Shown here: positions 12,061 to 24,973 of the stretch, piece after piece
Layout: every line of letters begins with the position of its first letter
Position numbering within the stretch: the first letter of the stretch is position 1
Assembly: GCF_001194135.2 (NCBI RefSeq)
Contig: NC_068987.1
Coordinates: forward strand, 54,655,747 to 54,712,637
Length of the DNA stretch: 56,891 nucleotides
Direction: 5' to 3'
Source: Octopus bimaculoides
Lineage: Eukaryota
Program-made: the position numbers and the translations under genes
The notes under the pieces: model-generated
Database searches by the model: none
What the model saw: the letters and a program-made list of their open reading frames with translations, nothing else
Told to the model about the DNA's origin: nothing

Positions 12061-13318
12061 TCTCTTTTGCCTTTTTGTTTAGATAGATAGATAGATAGAC
12101 TGATAGATAGACTGATAGATAGACTGATAGATAGACTGATAGATAGAGCAAGAGAAAGAGAGAAGTGGAGAGAAGAGTGATACAAATGAAGAGATAATGC
12201 ATACAAGAGCAAGAGTAGAGATAACAGAAAATAGGTAAGAGAAACCTGAAGATATCACAAAATATATTGTAACAATCTCAACAGAAAACCATCCCTGTCT
12301 CTATAGGAACCCCATCACAGCTTCTATAGAGCTGAACTTTACATAAGACTCTCATTCACTGTTCTATAGAAAATGGAGAATTGTTGTGTTGTTGTTGTTG
12401 TTATCCATATTAGTATTATTGTTTGTGTTTAGGATTTGGTTTTTTGAAAGCTCCCTATAGGAGAATAATATGAATAAAATTAATTTACCTCCTGTAAATA
12501 CAATTGTGTATCGTTATTCGAAATATTAGCATGGATGTTGTTTATTGGGTTCGGTTCGGTTCGTTTTGTGGCTGTTGATGATGATGATGATGGTTAGGAA
12601 GAGAGCGAGAGAGAGAGACAACATGTGAGTGTTATGTACATGTGTATGTATGTGTGTGTGTGCATGTGTGTTTGTCTTGTATGGATGAAAAGAGGGAGAG
12701 GGAGAGAGAGAGAGAGAGACAGCAAGGGAGAGAAAGATTTATAGCATATGAATATAAAAATGAATGTTAAACCATTATTAACGAATAACTCAGTTATCCT
12801 CACTGCTATATTTTATATTTGGGTTGTTTATTTGTAACACTTGCATATATATATATATATATATATATANNNNNNNNNNNNNNNNNNNNNNNNNNNNNNN
12901 NNNNNNNNNNNNNNNNNNNNNNNNNNNNNNNNNNNNNNNNNNNNNNNNNNNNNNNNNNNNNNNNNNNNNNNNNNNNNNNNNNNNNNNNNNNNNNNNNNNN
13001 NNNNNNNNNNNNNNNNNNNNNNNNNNNNNNNNNNNNNNNNNNNNNNNNNNNNNNNNNNNNNNNNNNNNNNNNNNNNNNNNNNNNNNNNNNNNNNNNNNNN
13101 NNNNNNNNNNNNNNNNNNNNNNNNNNNNNNNNNNNNNNNNNNNNNNNNNNNNNNNNNNNNNNNNNNNNNNNNNNNNNNNNNNNNNNNNNNNNNNNNNNNN
13201 NNNNNNNNNNNNNNNNNNNNNNNNNNNNNNNNNNNNNNNNNNNNNNNNNNNNNNNNNNNNNNNNNNNNNNNNNNNNNNNNNNNNNNNNNNNNNNNNNNNN
13301 NNNNNNNNNNTATATATA

Positions 13319-13354
<36 letters not shown>

Positions 13355-13619
13355 TGTATGTATGTATGTATGCATGTATGTATGTATACACGCACATATT
13401 GTAATCTTTATGTTCATATATTTTACAATATATTTGGTATTTCTAAAAAGTTTTTGTTCACTGGTGCATTGGATTTTATGAATGAAAGAATTAAGAAATA
13501 ATTCTATGACTTGTAAATTTAATATTGCCACTTTCTACATGCATATACACACACAGACATATGCACACTCATGTACTACAAACACATACACACATACCTT
13601 ATATATACATCTATACATT

Positions 13620-13661
<42 letters not shown>

Positions 13662-13750
13662 TACATATATATATAAACACACACACACACGCACACACAC
13701 ACACATACACAGTTAAGATATAGCAATTCACAATTCATATATCATAATTG

Positions 13751-14367
13751 AAGCAGATACATTGTTGAAAGTCTGCTAAACTGAGGTAATTGTCTTGAGA
13801 TAGTATTCCTTTTGGATGTATAGTTTTAAAAAGCATGGAAAATATCAGCAGTATACAAAATCATTCCCCACTGGTAGTGGCATTGCTAAATATGCCCACT
13901 GCTGGATGATTCTCCTTTGCTACTGATATATTTCTGTGTTTTTTAATAATATGTGTTTATAAAAGATGCTATCTTGAGACAAATACCACAGTAAGTTGGC
14001 TTTCAATGATGTGTCTGCTTTATGCATGATACACAGATTGCTCTTTTGAACTAATACTGCTTCTTTTGCAAATAATGAATTTTATTCAGCCTGCTAGTTA
14101 ATTGCAACATAAATGACTTTTCAATCACTGTTTTGCTGTATCAGTAACAGCTGATTTTTGTCTTCGCATGCAGTTGTCAGTAGGTACTTGCTACTGACAA
14201 AGGCCAACGAGGCAGAAATACATATTTAGTAATGCCATCACTGCTGTTGGATGACTTTTGTCTGCTACTGATATATTTCTGTGTTTTTTTAACATTTTAT
14301 GTCAATAAGAGATGCTTTCTTGACACAAATATTCCACTATATCAGGCTTTCAATGATGTATCTGGTT
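13751..14367. repeat. Old fold-back/MITE-like structure with three homologous arms
   Basis: Arm 13751-13895 is inverted relative to arms 13895-14020 and 14221-14367 (shared CTACTGATATATTTCTGTG and GCTTTCAATGATGTRTCTG). Confidence 0.6.
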
Positions 14368-14545
14368 GTGGACAGCTGACACTTTGTTACATCCCCCAGT
14401 GAAGCTACAGTGTTAAACAGGAATAATACTCAATAATTATAATAATAATAATAACAACAACAAGGTGTTACCTTAGTTCACTGGTAGTGAAAAGTTGGCA
14501 CCATAGTACATCTCCAGCATTAGAAGCTGTGCAAAGACAATAAAT

Positions 14546-14744
<199 letters not shown>

Positions 14745-17700
14745 ACAGAACAACATATTGCTTGTCCTATGGTTATTCTGGATGTGTATCCCTCTGTAAA
14801 GAGACAGCCTGAGGTCAAAAAGTCATCCACTGGCACAAACTCTGAATATGAACCTGGATGGTTACTTGAATGGAAGCAGCCCTCCAATATCACCACCACA
14901 GCCACCACAGAAAAGAAAAATGTAAGAGGATCAATTGAACCTGGGAAGGGCATAAAATATGGAGAACATGAGAAGATGAAAACAAGTTAGCAAATGTTTG
15001 GAGAGATATCTTCAGAAATAAAAAGACACAGTTCTGAAATACTTGTGATCAAGCACACAGTGCAAAATGACTTGAATATAAGACAGAACCGAAAGTCTTA
15101 ATTGAAATATTGTCATCTGATCAAATTATGCTAAGGCCTGGAGAAATAAGAAATTATAATGAATCTGATAAAGTCAGCCAGGAAAGTGGCAAAGAAACAG
15201 TATTTGAAAATGATACATTTGCAAAAGGACAGAGAGAGTTTATGATGGAAATGAAGCAGAAAGTTCTGAGTGTGCATGCAGTTATAAGACATACAAGTAT
15301 GAATGTAAGAATCACTTCATAAATTCTCAAATGCAAACTAAAATAAAGAGCAACTTAAAACTGGCAACTATGTAACAAAAGAAATCATACAAGCATTAAC
15401 TCGATCTTATTGAATGGAAAAAAATTATTTATACACCTACTTAGGCAATTGAAACAAGCTGTATGCCTTCAAAAAACATAGGAAAGACAAGCACACTAGA
15501 GAAGTAAAATTGAAAAAGAAATTAAATCAATGAGAAAGAAAATATCAATATTAAATGAACCAATCTGTGAAAATGATGTAAGATCCAGAAAAAGAAGAAA
15601 GATGAAGAGAAAATGTGGATGTTCATCAAGAGACGAACTGATATCAACGAAAGTAAGAATGAAACGATATAAGTTCAAGTGAAAGCTCAAAGTATGTGAA
15701 GATTTGAGGAAAGAAACAATTCTTACATGCAAAAATAAGCTGTTTGCATCCAATGCCATGGCATTTTACTGAGAAATAGGGAAGGAGAAAATGACCATTG
15801 AAGACCGACTTCCCTCCCTCAGAAGAAGTTGAACACTTTCAGAAAAAAGATTTGAAGTGATGAGAAGCCATACAATGTAAATGCAGATTGAATTAGATGC
15901 ACAGAAGGATCCTACCAAAATTTACAAGAACTAGTATGGGAAGACATCTCAATAGCAAACTTAAGGATGATACTCATGAAGACTCATAAGTAGAACTCCA
16001 GTGGCAAAGATAAGGTGCCAAATTTCTGGCTCTCATCACTCTCATGTGCACATGAAAAGTTAAACCAGCTGTTCAATGAAATTATGAGAGATCCAAAGAA
16101 AACACCTGGCTGGTTAGCAAGTGATAGTACTTATCTACTCCCAAAGAAATCAAATTTCAAAAGCACAATCAGCTCATAACCTGTTTATCCACTACTTATA
16201 AAGCTTTAACATCTATTCTGATGGATAAAACATGCATTTATGGAAGAGAACAATATTTTCTCCACTGAACAAAAATGTTCAAACAGATACAAAGATCAAC
16301 TCTTAATTAATCACATGATCCTTGAGAACTGTCATAAGCACAGAAATGCTAGTTCTGCATGGATTGATTACAAAAATGCTTTTGACAGCATATCATATTC
16401 ATGGATCCTGAAATCACTGAACAACTTCAAAGTTTTAACAGTAATTTCAAAAATTCTAAAGCATATGTCATTGTGGAATATGAATCTCCAATTATATCAT
16501 TCTAATTAAGTACAAGCTTCAAACAGTATTAACATCAACATTTTCTAAGGTGACTTGCTTTCACCTCTAATTTTTTGCATAGCTCTAATACCCCTGACTA
16601 ATAAACTTAACAGAATAAGGTATGGTTATAAAATTAACAAGAAAATACCCTAACTATTTTATATAAATGATTTAAAACTATATGGCACAAGCAATTATGA
16701 GCTTGAAGATCTATTACATACTGTGAAAGCATTCAGTGATAATATGGGGACAAAGTTTGGTCTTGATAAGTGTTTCAAAGCCACTTTCAAGAAATAAGAG
16801 AAATTAATTAAGTCAGATTCAGTTGAGTTAGATGTAAGGAACAGTTATAAAAGAACTTCAACAGGAGAAAACCTATAAACACCTAGGAATAAATGAATGC
16901 TCTAGCATTCAGCATGCAAGCATGAAGGGGAAGATCAAGAAAGAATGTTACAGGAGAGGATAAGCAATTCTGGAATCTGAGTAAATGCACATAACAAGGA
17001 TGTTAGCCGTAAATTCCTTAGCAGTTCCACTTGTTACTCATACCTTAAATGTACTGAACTGAAATATCAGTGAAATAAAGAAAATTAATAGAACAATTTG
17101 TAAGCTGCTGACTTGCAATACAACACACCACCCCAAAGGTGGACATGGATCGTCTCTACCTTACCAGAGCCCAAGGAAGTTGAGGCTGGATCCAGTTTGA
17201 ACTTTCTTACAAAACCACCACAATTTGATGGGCCAAAAATCTTAAAACAACTAATGACTGGATGCTAAAACACATTGAAAATTATGAGAGACATAAGAAG
17301 CTTCATTGTATCTTGAAGGAGAGCAAAAATTTGCAATTGATTTCATGAATCATACCCAGACTGAACAGCCTAAGGAAAGTGTGGAAACTATTGTTACAAA
17401 GAAAGTAAAATTAATGGCAAAGGAAAAAGTGCATGAACAATTTGGCTTGTAGGTAGGAGCAGAAACTCTGCATGGCAAATATGTGGCCTGTAGCCAACTA
17501 GCTGATGTTGGCCAGAAGCACACTCATCAATGGCTATGAAGCTCAGGGCTAAAAGCAGAGAGTGAAGACTTCATCTTCACTGCTTAAGATCAAAGTTTAT
17601 TGACCCAGAACTACCAAACCAAAATGAACAAGTTCCAAAGTTCCAATTTTGCAATGATGAGATTGAAACGCTGGACCATTTAACCTCTGGATGTAAAGTT

Positions 17701-18156
17701 TTAGGACCAAAAGAGTATAAATCAAGATATGGCAGAGTGGGCCAATAATTACAATGATTAATATGTTGGTATTATAAAATGAAAATTGGTATAAGCATCA
17801 CTCTGAGGCTGTAACTGAGGGAAAAAAACATAATGATTGTTTGGGACTTTCCAGTACATACAGACAGAACTATCAAAGCTAATAAACTGGATATTGTTGT
17901 AAAAGACCAAAGTAATAATGTCTGTTTATTGGTTGATATGAGTATCCCTTGTGATTATAATATTGCTGCAAAAGAATATGACAAGCTCAGAAGAAAATAT
18001 AAAGATTTGCTAACTGAAAAAGTGTGCCATTTTGTAGTATAAAGTAAACATTAGATAATATGATCCTGGGTTCTCTGCACGTAGAAAAAGACAGGATGGT
18101 CGCATCTAGAATGTCCTTCATCTCAGAGTTGATCTATGGCTGAACAACAACAACAA
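14745..18156 (+). mobile_element. Decayed near full-length R4/Dong-like RLE LINE (RT, CCHC knuckle, restriction-like endonuclease)
   Basis: Motifs across frames: ITCLSTTYKALTSIL, KDQLLINHMILENC, AWIDYKNAFDSI, GDLLSPLIFCIALIPL, FGLDKC, YKHLGI, HHPK.DMDRLYL, SGLKAESE, FCNDEIETLDHLTSGC, WDFPVHTDRTIKANKLDIVV...LVDMSIP...KYKDL. Many stops and frameshifts. Confidence 0.92.
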
Positions 18157-18623
18157 TCAACAAAGGCTATGTTAACGTTTGAGGTTAGTGATGCTTGCAA
18201 TTTCCTTTGCACAAAAGAATAATTGAATAAAGTAAAAAAATCAAAAGAACAAGCAAGTGCTTTATAAATATTATAAACTAAAATGATTTATTAAGAAATA
18301 GTTATTTTAACTTGAATTTTTTAAAAATGTATTTGTATGTGTAATATATGTATTATAAATATATCTATTGTATATATATAATTATTGCATAGTTATTTCT
18401 ATATTTCTATGTATTATTACGTATTTATGCACCAAACCAACAAAAATCAAAGTGTTGTATATAATGTGTTTCTAAATTTGCAATTTCCAACTCTTGTGTA
18501 TTTACGCAGCTTTTGTTAATGTATGAGTAATATGTCCATGTGTGAGAGATTATATATTAGTCTGTTAGTATACATATATCACACATCACACATACGAATA
18601 TAAGTATATATACATATACATAC

Positions 18624-18722
<99 letters not shown>

Positions 18723-20050
18723 NNNNNNNNNNNNNNNNNNNNNNNNNNNNNNNNNNNNNNNNNNNNNNNNNNNNNNNNNNNNNNNNNNNNNNNNNNNNNN
18801 NNNNNNNNNNNNNNNNNNNNNNNNNNNNNNNNNNNNNNNNNNNNNNNNNNNNNNNNNNNNNNNNNNNNNNNNNNNNNNNNNNNNNNNNNNNNNNNNNNNN
18901 NNNNNNNNNNNNNNNNNNNNNNNNNNNNNNNNNNNNNNNNNNNNNNNNNNNNNNNNNNNNNNNNNNNNNNNNNNNNNNNNNNNNNNNNNNNNNNNNNNNN
19001 NNNNNNNNNNNNNNNNNNNNNNNNNNNNNNNNNNNNNNNNNNNNNNNNNNNNNNNNNNNNNNNNNNNNNNNNNNNNNNNNNNNNNNNNNNNNNNNNNNNN
19101 NNNNNNNNNNNNNNNNNNNNNNNNNNNNNNNNNNNNNNNNNNNNNNNNNNNNNNNNNNNNNNNNNNNNNNNNNNNNNNNNNNNNNNNNNNNNNNNNNNNN
19201 NNNNNNNNNNNNNNNNNNNNNNNNNNNNNNNNNNNNNNNNNNNNNNNNNNNNNNNNNNNNNNNNNNNNNNNNNNNNNNNNNNNNNNNNNNNNNNNNNNNN
19301 NNNNNNNNNNNNNNNNNNNNNNNNNNNNNNNNNNNNNNNNNNNNNNNNNNNNNNNNNNNNNNNNNNNNNNNNNNNNNNNNNNNNNNNNNNNNNNNNNNNN
19401 NNNNNNNNNNNNNNNNNNNNNNNNNNNNNNNNNNNNNNNNNNNNNNNNNNNNNNNNNNNNNNNNNNNNNNNNNNNNNNNNNNNNNNNNNNNNNNNNNNNN
19501 NNNNNNNNNNNNNNNNNNNNNNNNNNNNNNNNNNNNNNNNNNNNNNNNNNNNNNNNNNNNNNNNNNNNNNNNNNNNNNNNNNNNNNNNNNNNNNNNNNNN
19601 NNNNNNNNNNNNNNNNNNNNNNNNNNNNNNNNNNNNNNNNNNNNNNNNNNNNNNNNNNNNNNNNNNNNNNNNNNNNNNNNNNNNCATACATACATACATG
19701 TATACACACACACACACACACACTCACATGTGTATATGATTTGTATGGTGCTTTATATTGTACAGTTGTTGCAGGAGTGCTCAATACATGTTGTAAAGGA
19801 AATGGTATTTCATTGAAATTGAAGCTGAGAGTTTGTTTCATGACTCAAGCTTGGGGGGATGGAGGGGGAGGAGAGATGGAGGGGGTGGAGGTACTTATAC
19901 TTTTTTTTTATTCTTTTTTTTTTTTGTAAGCCTGGTACTTATTCTATCAGTCACTTTGCTGAAATGCTAAGTTACGGGGACATAACTACACCAACTGGTT
20001 GCCAAATATTGGAAGAGGACAAACACAGAAACACACACGTATGTGGCACA

Positions 20051-20437
20051 CCGTGCCAGTGGTATGTAAAAAGCACCATTTGAGTGTGGCCAATACCAGT
20101 GTCGCCTGACTGGCTCCTGTGCCAGTGACACATAAAAAGCACCATCCAAGAGTGGTCAATGCCAATGCCACCTGAGTGGCTCCCATGTCGGTGGCACGTA
20201 AAAAGCACCATTTGAGCACGATCATTGCTAATGCTGCCTGACTGGCCCCTGTGCCAGTGGTATGTAAAAAGCGCCCGCTACACTCTCAGAGTGGTTGGCG
20301 TTAGGAAGGGCATCCAGCTGTAGAAACCTTGCCAGAACAGATTGGAGCCTGGTGCAGCCTCCTGGCTTGCCAGTCCTCAATCAAGCCATCCAACCCATGC
20401 CAGCATGGAAAGCGAGCGTTAAAAGATAATGATGATG
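20051..20437 (+). mobile_element. Family B element with four internal 66-bp tandem units
   Basis: Units start at about 20053, 20119, 20185 and 20251 (GTGCCAGTGG...TAAAAAGCACC), followed by the common B 3' end. Confidence 0.85.
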
Positions 20438-20740
20438 AGTGGCTGTGTGGTAAGTAGCTTGCTTACGAACCACATGGTTCCGGGTTCAGTCCCACTGCGT
20501 GGAACCTTGGGCAAGTGTCTTCTACTATATATATATATGTGTGTGTGTGTTTGTCCCCCCACCATTGCTTGGTTCAGCAAAAAGAGGCCGATAGAATAAG
20601 TACTAGGCTTACAATGAATAAGTTCTGGGGTCGATTTTCTCGACTAAAGGCGGTGCTCCAGCATGGCCGCAGTCAAATGACTGAAACAAGTAAAAGAGTA
20701 AAAGAGTAAAAGAGTAAAAGAGTAAAAGAGTAAAAGAGTA
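20438..20740 (+). mobile_element. tRNA-derived SINE family A, internally deleted, (GTAAAAGA)n tail
   Basis: Head GAGTGGCTGTGTGGTAAGTAGC...GGGTTCAGTCCC; tail GGCGGTGCTCCAGCATGGCC...GAAACAA(GTAAAAGA)n. Confidence 0.85.
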
Positions 20741-21383
20741 GATATATATATATATATGTATACACACACACACACGGTAGGCTTCTTGCAGTTTCTGTCT
20801 ATCAAATCCACTCGCAAGGTTTTGGCTAGCCTGAGGCTATAGTAGAAGACACTTGCCTAAGGTGTCACACAGTGAAACTGAACCCGGAACTATATCATTG
20901 GGAAGCAAGCCTCTTATCCCCGTTTTTTTTTTGTTTTTTTTGTCAGCTGAGTGGGCTGGAGCAATGTGAAATGCAGTGTTTTGCTCAAGAACACAGCACA
21001 TTACCCAGTCCAGGGATCAAAACCAGAATCGTACAGCTATGAGTACAACACCCTAACCCCTAAAGCACATGCCTCCATGCATTTTCAGTCACTTGTATGA
21101 AAGTGTGACAGGCAGTGTTGTTTTCTGCTTTCCTTGTCAGAAAATTGCCTGGGCACTTCAAACCTTCAGTCATCTAGAATAAGTGATCTCTTACTTGAAA
21201 ACGAGCAAGATTTGACATTATGAAGAGTATGTTAAATAACATATTCATCCAGCTGATGCAAGCATGGAAAAATGGATTGTAATATGAACAAGCAAACTAC
21301 ATATTTTCTATGAGGTCGCTCAAGTACTAGACATATCAAATGTTTTCCTACCATCTTAAACAAAAATAGGGTACATTAGATAA

Positions 21384-21664
21384 TCATCATCATCATCGTC
21401 GTCGTTTAACGTCCGCTTTCCATGCTAGCATGGGTTGGACGATTTGACTGAGGTCTGGTGAAACCAGATGGCTACACCAGGCTCCAATCTGATTTGGCAG
21501 AGTTTCTACAGCTGGATGCCCTTCCTAACGCCAACCACTCAGAGAGTGTAGTGGGTGCTTTTATGTGCCACCGGCACGAAGGCCAGCCAGGAGGTACTGG
21601 CAATGGCCACGCTCAAAATGGTGTATTTTACGTGCCACCTGCACAAGAGCCAGTCCAGGGGCAC
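21384..21664 (-). mobile_element. Family B element
   Basis: Close reverse-complement match to 29290-29520. Confidence 0.88.
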
Positions 21665-22039
21665 TAGCATGGTCATGTCTAGAATGCATATGAATACAGG
21701 ACCAGGGAAGATCTGAATCTAAGCAGCAACAACAACAACTACTACTACTACAGCAACCTGTTCTACGATTCTGTTGCCCTGTCACATCTGTGGATCTTCT
21801 TAGTTAGCCTAAATCTTGCTTTAATGCAGTGTCTTCTTATTTCATTGGTTTCAGAGTAACATATTCTAACAGATGTAACATTTCACTTGTCATCAGATTG
21901 TCACTGCTGGTCAAGGATGAGAATGGTGATATAACCAATTATAAGAGAGTAAGAGAGGGAAAGGGAGAGAAGAAGAATTGCACCCCCAGCCCAGTACAAT
22001 CTTCTGTGCTGTTACTTTGTTTATCAACAAGCTTGGCAG

Positions 22040-22251
22040 TGTGGTAAGAAGTTTGCTCCCCAGCTGCATGGTTTTGGGTTCAGTCTCACTGCATGGCTTA
22101 TTGGGACTTTTCTTGCTTCCCAAACACATGGTTCCAGGTTCAGTCCCACTGCTTGGTACCTTGGGCAAATGTCTGACCAGAGCTTTGTGAGTGGATTTCG
22201 TAGACAGAAACTGGAAGACACCCATCGTATATATATATGTATATATTTACA

Positions 22252-22286
<35 letters not shown>

Positions 22287-22430
22287 TTCTTTGAATCTGT
22301 ATTTGTCGCCTACCACTGCTTGACAATCAGTGTTGGTGTGTTTACGTCTGCATAACTTAGTGGTTTAGCAAAAGAGAACAATAGTATAAGTACTAGGCCT
22401 AAAAAAAATAATAAGTCCTGATGTTGATTT
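22040..22430 (+). mobile_element. SINE family A with duplicated head, cut by a gap
   Basis: Two head segments (about 22040-22100 and 22115-22170) and a central (TA)(TG) microsatellite; the missing tail appears at 23491-23545. Confidence 0.75.
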
Positions 22431-23245
22431 NNNNNNNNNNNNNNNNNNNNNNNNNNNNNNNNNNNNNNNNNNNNNNNNNNNNNNNNNNNNNNNNNNNNNN
22501 NNNNNNNNNNNNNNNNNNNNNNNNNNNNNNNNNNNNNNNNNNNNNNNNNNNNNNNNNNNNNNNNNNNNNNNNNNNNNNNNNNNNNNNNNNNNNNNNNNNN
22601 NNNNNNNNNNNNNNNNNNNNNNNNNNNNNNNNNNNNNNNNNNNNNNNNNNNNNNNNNNNNNNNNNNNNNNNNNNNNNNNNNNNNNNNNNNNNNNNNNNNN
22701 NNNNNNNNNNNNNNNNNNNNNNNNNNNNNNNNNNNNNNNNNNNNNNNNNNNNNNNNNNNNNNNNNNNNNNNNNNNNNNNNNNNNNNNNNNNNNNNNNNNN
22801 NNNNNNNNNNNNNNNNNNNNNNNNNNNNNNNNNNNNNNNNNNNNNNNNNNNNNNNNNNNNNNNNNNNNNNNNNNNNNNNNNNNNNNNNNNNNNNNNNNNN
22901 NNNNNNNNNNNNNNNNNNNNNNNNNNNNNNNNNNNNNNNNNNNNNNNNNNNNNNNNNNNNNNNNNNNNNNNNNNNNNNNNNNNNNNNNNNNNNNNNNNNN
23001 NNNNNNNNNNNNNNNNNNNNNNNNNNNNNNNNNNNNNNNNNNNNNNNNNNNNNNNNNNNNNNNNNNNNNNNNNNNNNNNNNNNNNNNNNNNNNNNNNNNN
23101 NNNNNNNNNNNNTCCTATATGCTAGAAATAGATGCCGAATCATCTAACCACGAAAAAATATGTTCTCAGTAAAAATTTAGCGACACAACAGACTGTAAAA
23201 GGGCAAGACAAATGAAAAAATACTAAATAAAAAAAAAGTGATTAA

Positions 23246-23312
23246 CCTACGTACCATGGTTTCACCTGTTAACATTTACATAAGTAAATATCTGCAGGAT
23301 CATCAGTGTAGT
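23246..23312 (-). ncRNA. Type I hammerhead-ribozyme-like motif (long stem II)
   Basis: Minus: CTACA-CTGATGA-T-CCTG...ATATTTAC-TTAT-GTAAATGT...CAGG-T-GAAA-CCATGG-TA-CGTAG; palindromic stem III ACCATGGT, GUA site; first stem I pair is an A.C mismatch. Confidence 0.65.
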
Positions 23313-23331
23313 CTGTCGATTTAAAAATATA

Positions 23332-23480
23332 ATTTCCAGAACTAGACATAAGATGCCCACCCGAAATGGAGCACGTGTAGAGTTCTACAAATTACATTCA
23401 GTGTATCCCTTCGAATGTAATTTGTAGAATTCTACACGTGCTCCCTTTCGGGTGGACGTCTTATGTCTAGTTCTGGAAAT
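23332..23480. repeat. 149-bp near-perfect palindrome (68-bp arms, 4 mismatches, 13-nt loop)
   Basis: ATTTCCAGAACTAGACATAAGA...TACATTC / GAATGTA...TCTTATGTCTAGTTCTGGAAAT; the right end abuts a gap. Confidence 0.92.
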
Positions 23481-23666
23481 NNNNNNNNNNAGGTGGTGCC
23501 CCAGCATGGCCACAGTCAAATGACTAAAACAAGTAAAAGATAGAAGATAAAGACACATACATACATATATATCTGGATGTTTTGTTGTCCCTTTCTTTTA
23601 TCACCGAACTGTCTAGATGTTTTGCGTTCTTGTCCCATTTTGTATTTTTCATATATATATATATAT

Positions 23667-23945
23667 AATTGCAGAGTGGAAGATGTTTGTAAGCCATTTA
23701 AGAACACATAAAACTGTTAGTTTCACTTCAACATTTAAATTTAAATTGTTTCAAAATATTTTCTGCTCTTTGAAACCATGACATGTTCACTAACAAAACT
23801 TTGTGGTGCATCTTTTGCAAGTGAAAAGCTCACAGTTTCAAAGCAATGAAAATATTTTGACACAAATTAAATTTAAATGTTAAGTGAAACTAACAGTATT
23901 TTGTGTGTTCTTAAATGGCTTACAAACATCTTCCATGCTGCAATT
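23667..23945. mobile_element. Palindromic MITE with about 110-bp imperfect inverted arms
   Basis: TGGAAGATGTTTGTAAGCCATTTAAGAACAC... mirrored by ...GTGTTCTTAAATGGCTTACAAACATCTTCCA; spacer about 58 bp. Confidence 0.8.
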
Positions 23946-24001
23946 GTTTGTTTCAGCACACGACCTAAGATCAAGTCACTTGCTATGCAAGTACATCTCC
24001 G

Positions 24002-24040
<39 letters not shown>

Positions 24041-24973
24041 AAAATAAGAGGAATGACCAGCAAAAGTGGACTCCTATATGCTAGAAATAGATGCCGAATC
24101 ATCTAACCACGAAAAAATATGTTCTCAGTAAAAATTTAGCGACACAACAGACTGTAAAAGGGCAAGACAAATGAAAAAATACTAAATAAAAAAAAAGTGA
24201 TTAACCTACGTACCATGGTTTCACCTGTTAACATTTACATAAGNNNNNNNNNNNNNNNNNNNNNNNNNNNNNNNNNNNNNNNNNNNNNNNNNNNNNNNNN
24301 NNNNNNNNNNNNNNNNNNNNNNNNNNNNNNNNNNNNNNNNNNNNNNNNNNNNNNNNNNNNNNNNNNNNNNNNNNNNNNNNNNNNNNNNNNNNNNNNNNNN
24401 NNNNNNNNNNNNNNNNNNNNNNNNNNNNNNNNNNNNNNNNNNNNNNNNNNNNNNNNNNNNNNNNNNNNNNNNNNNNNNNNNNNNNNNNNNNNNNNNNNNN
24501 NNNNNNNNNNNNNNNNNNNNNNNNNNNNNNNNNNNNNNNNNNNNNNNNNNNNNNNNNNNNNNNNNNNNNNNNNNNNNNNNNNNNNNNNNNNNNNNNNNNN
24601 NNNNNNNNNNNNNNNNNNNNNNNNNNNNNNNNNNNNNNNNNNNNNNNNNNNNNNNNNNNNNNNNNNNNNNNNNNNNNNNNNNNNNNNNNNNNNNNNNNNN
24701 NNNNNNNNNNNNNNNNNNNNNNNNNNNNNNNNNNNNNNNNNNNNNNNNNNNNNNNNNNNNNNNNNNNNNNNNNNNNNNNNNNNNNNNNNNNNNNNNNNNN
24801 NNNNNNNNNNNNNNNNNNNNNNNNNNNNNNNNNNNNNNNNNNNNNNNNNNNNNNNNNNNNNNNNNNNNNNNNNNNNNNNNNNNNNNNNNNNNNNNNNNNN
24901 NNNNNNNNNNNNNNNNNNNNNNNNNNNNNNNNNATATATATATATATAAATTGGAAATGTAAAAACACAAAGG

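Noticed and set aside
20051-20275. Regularly spaced repeats resembling a CRISPR array (also 29059-29320)
   Set aside because: The units are fully repeated with no unique spacers, lie inside a eukaryotic retroposon, and there are no cas genes.
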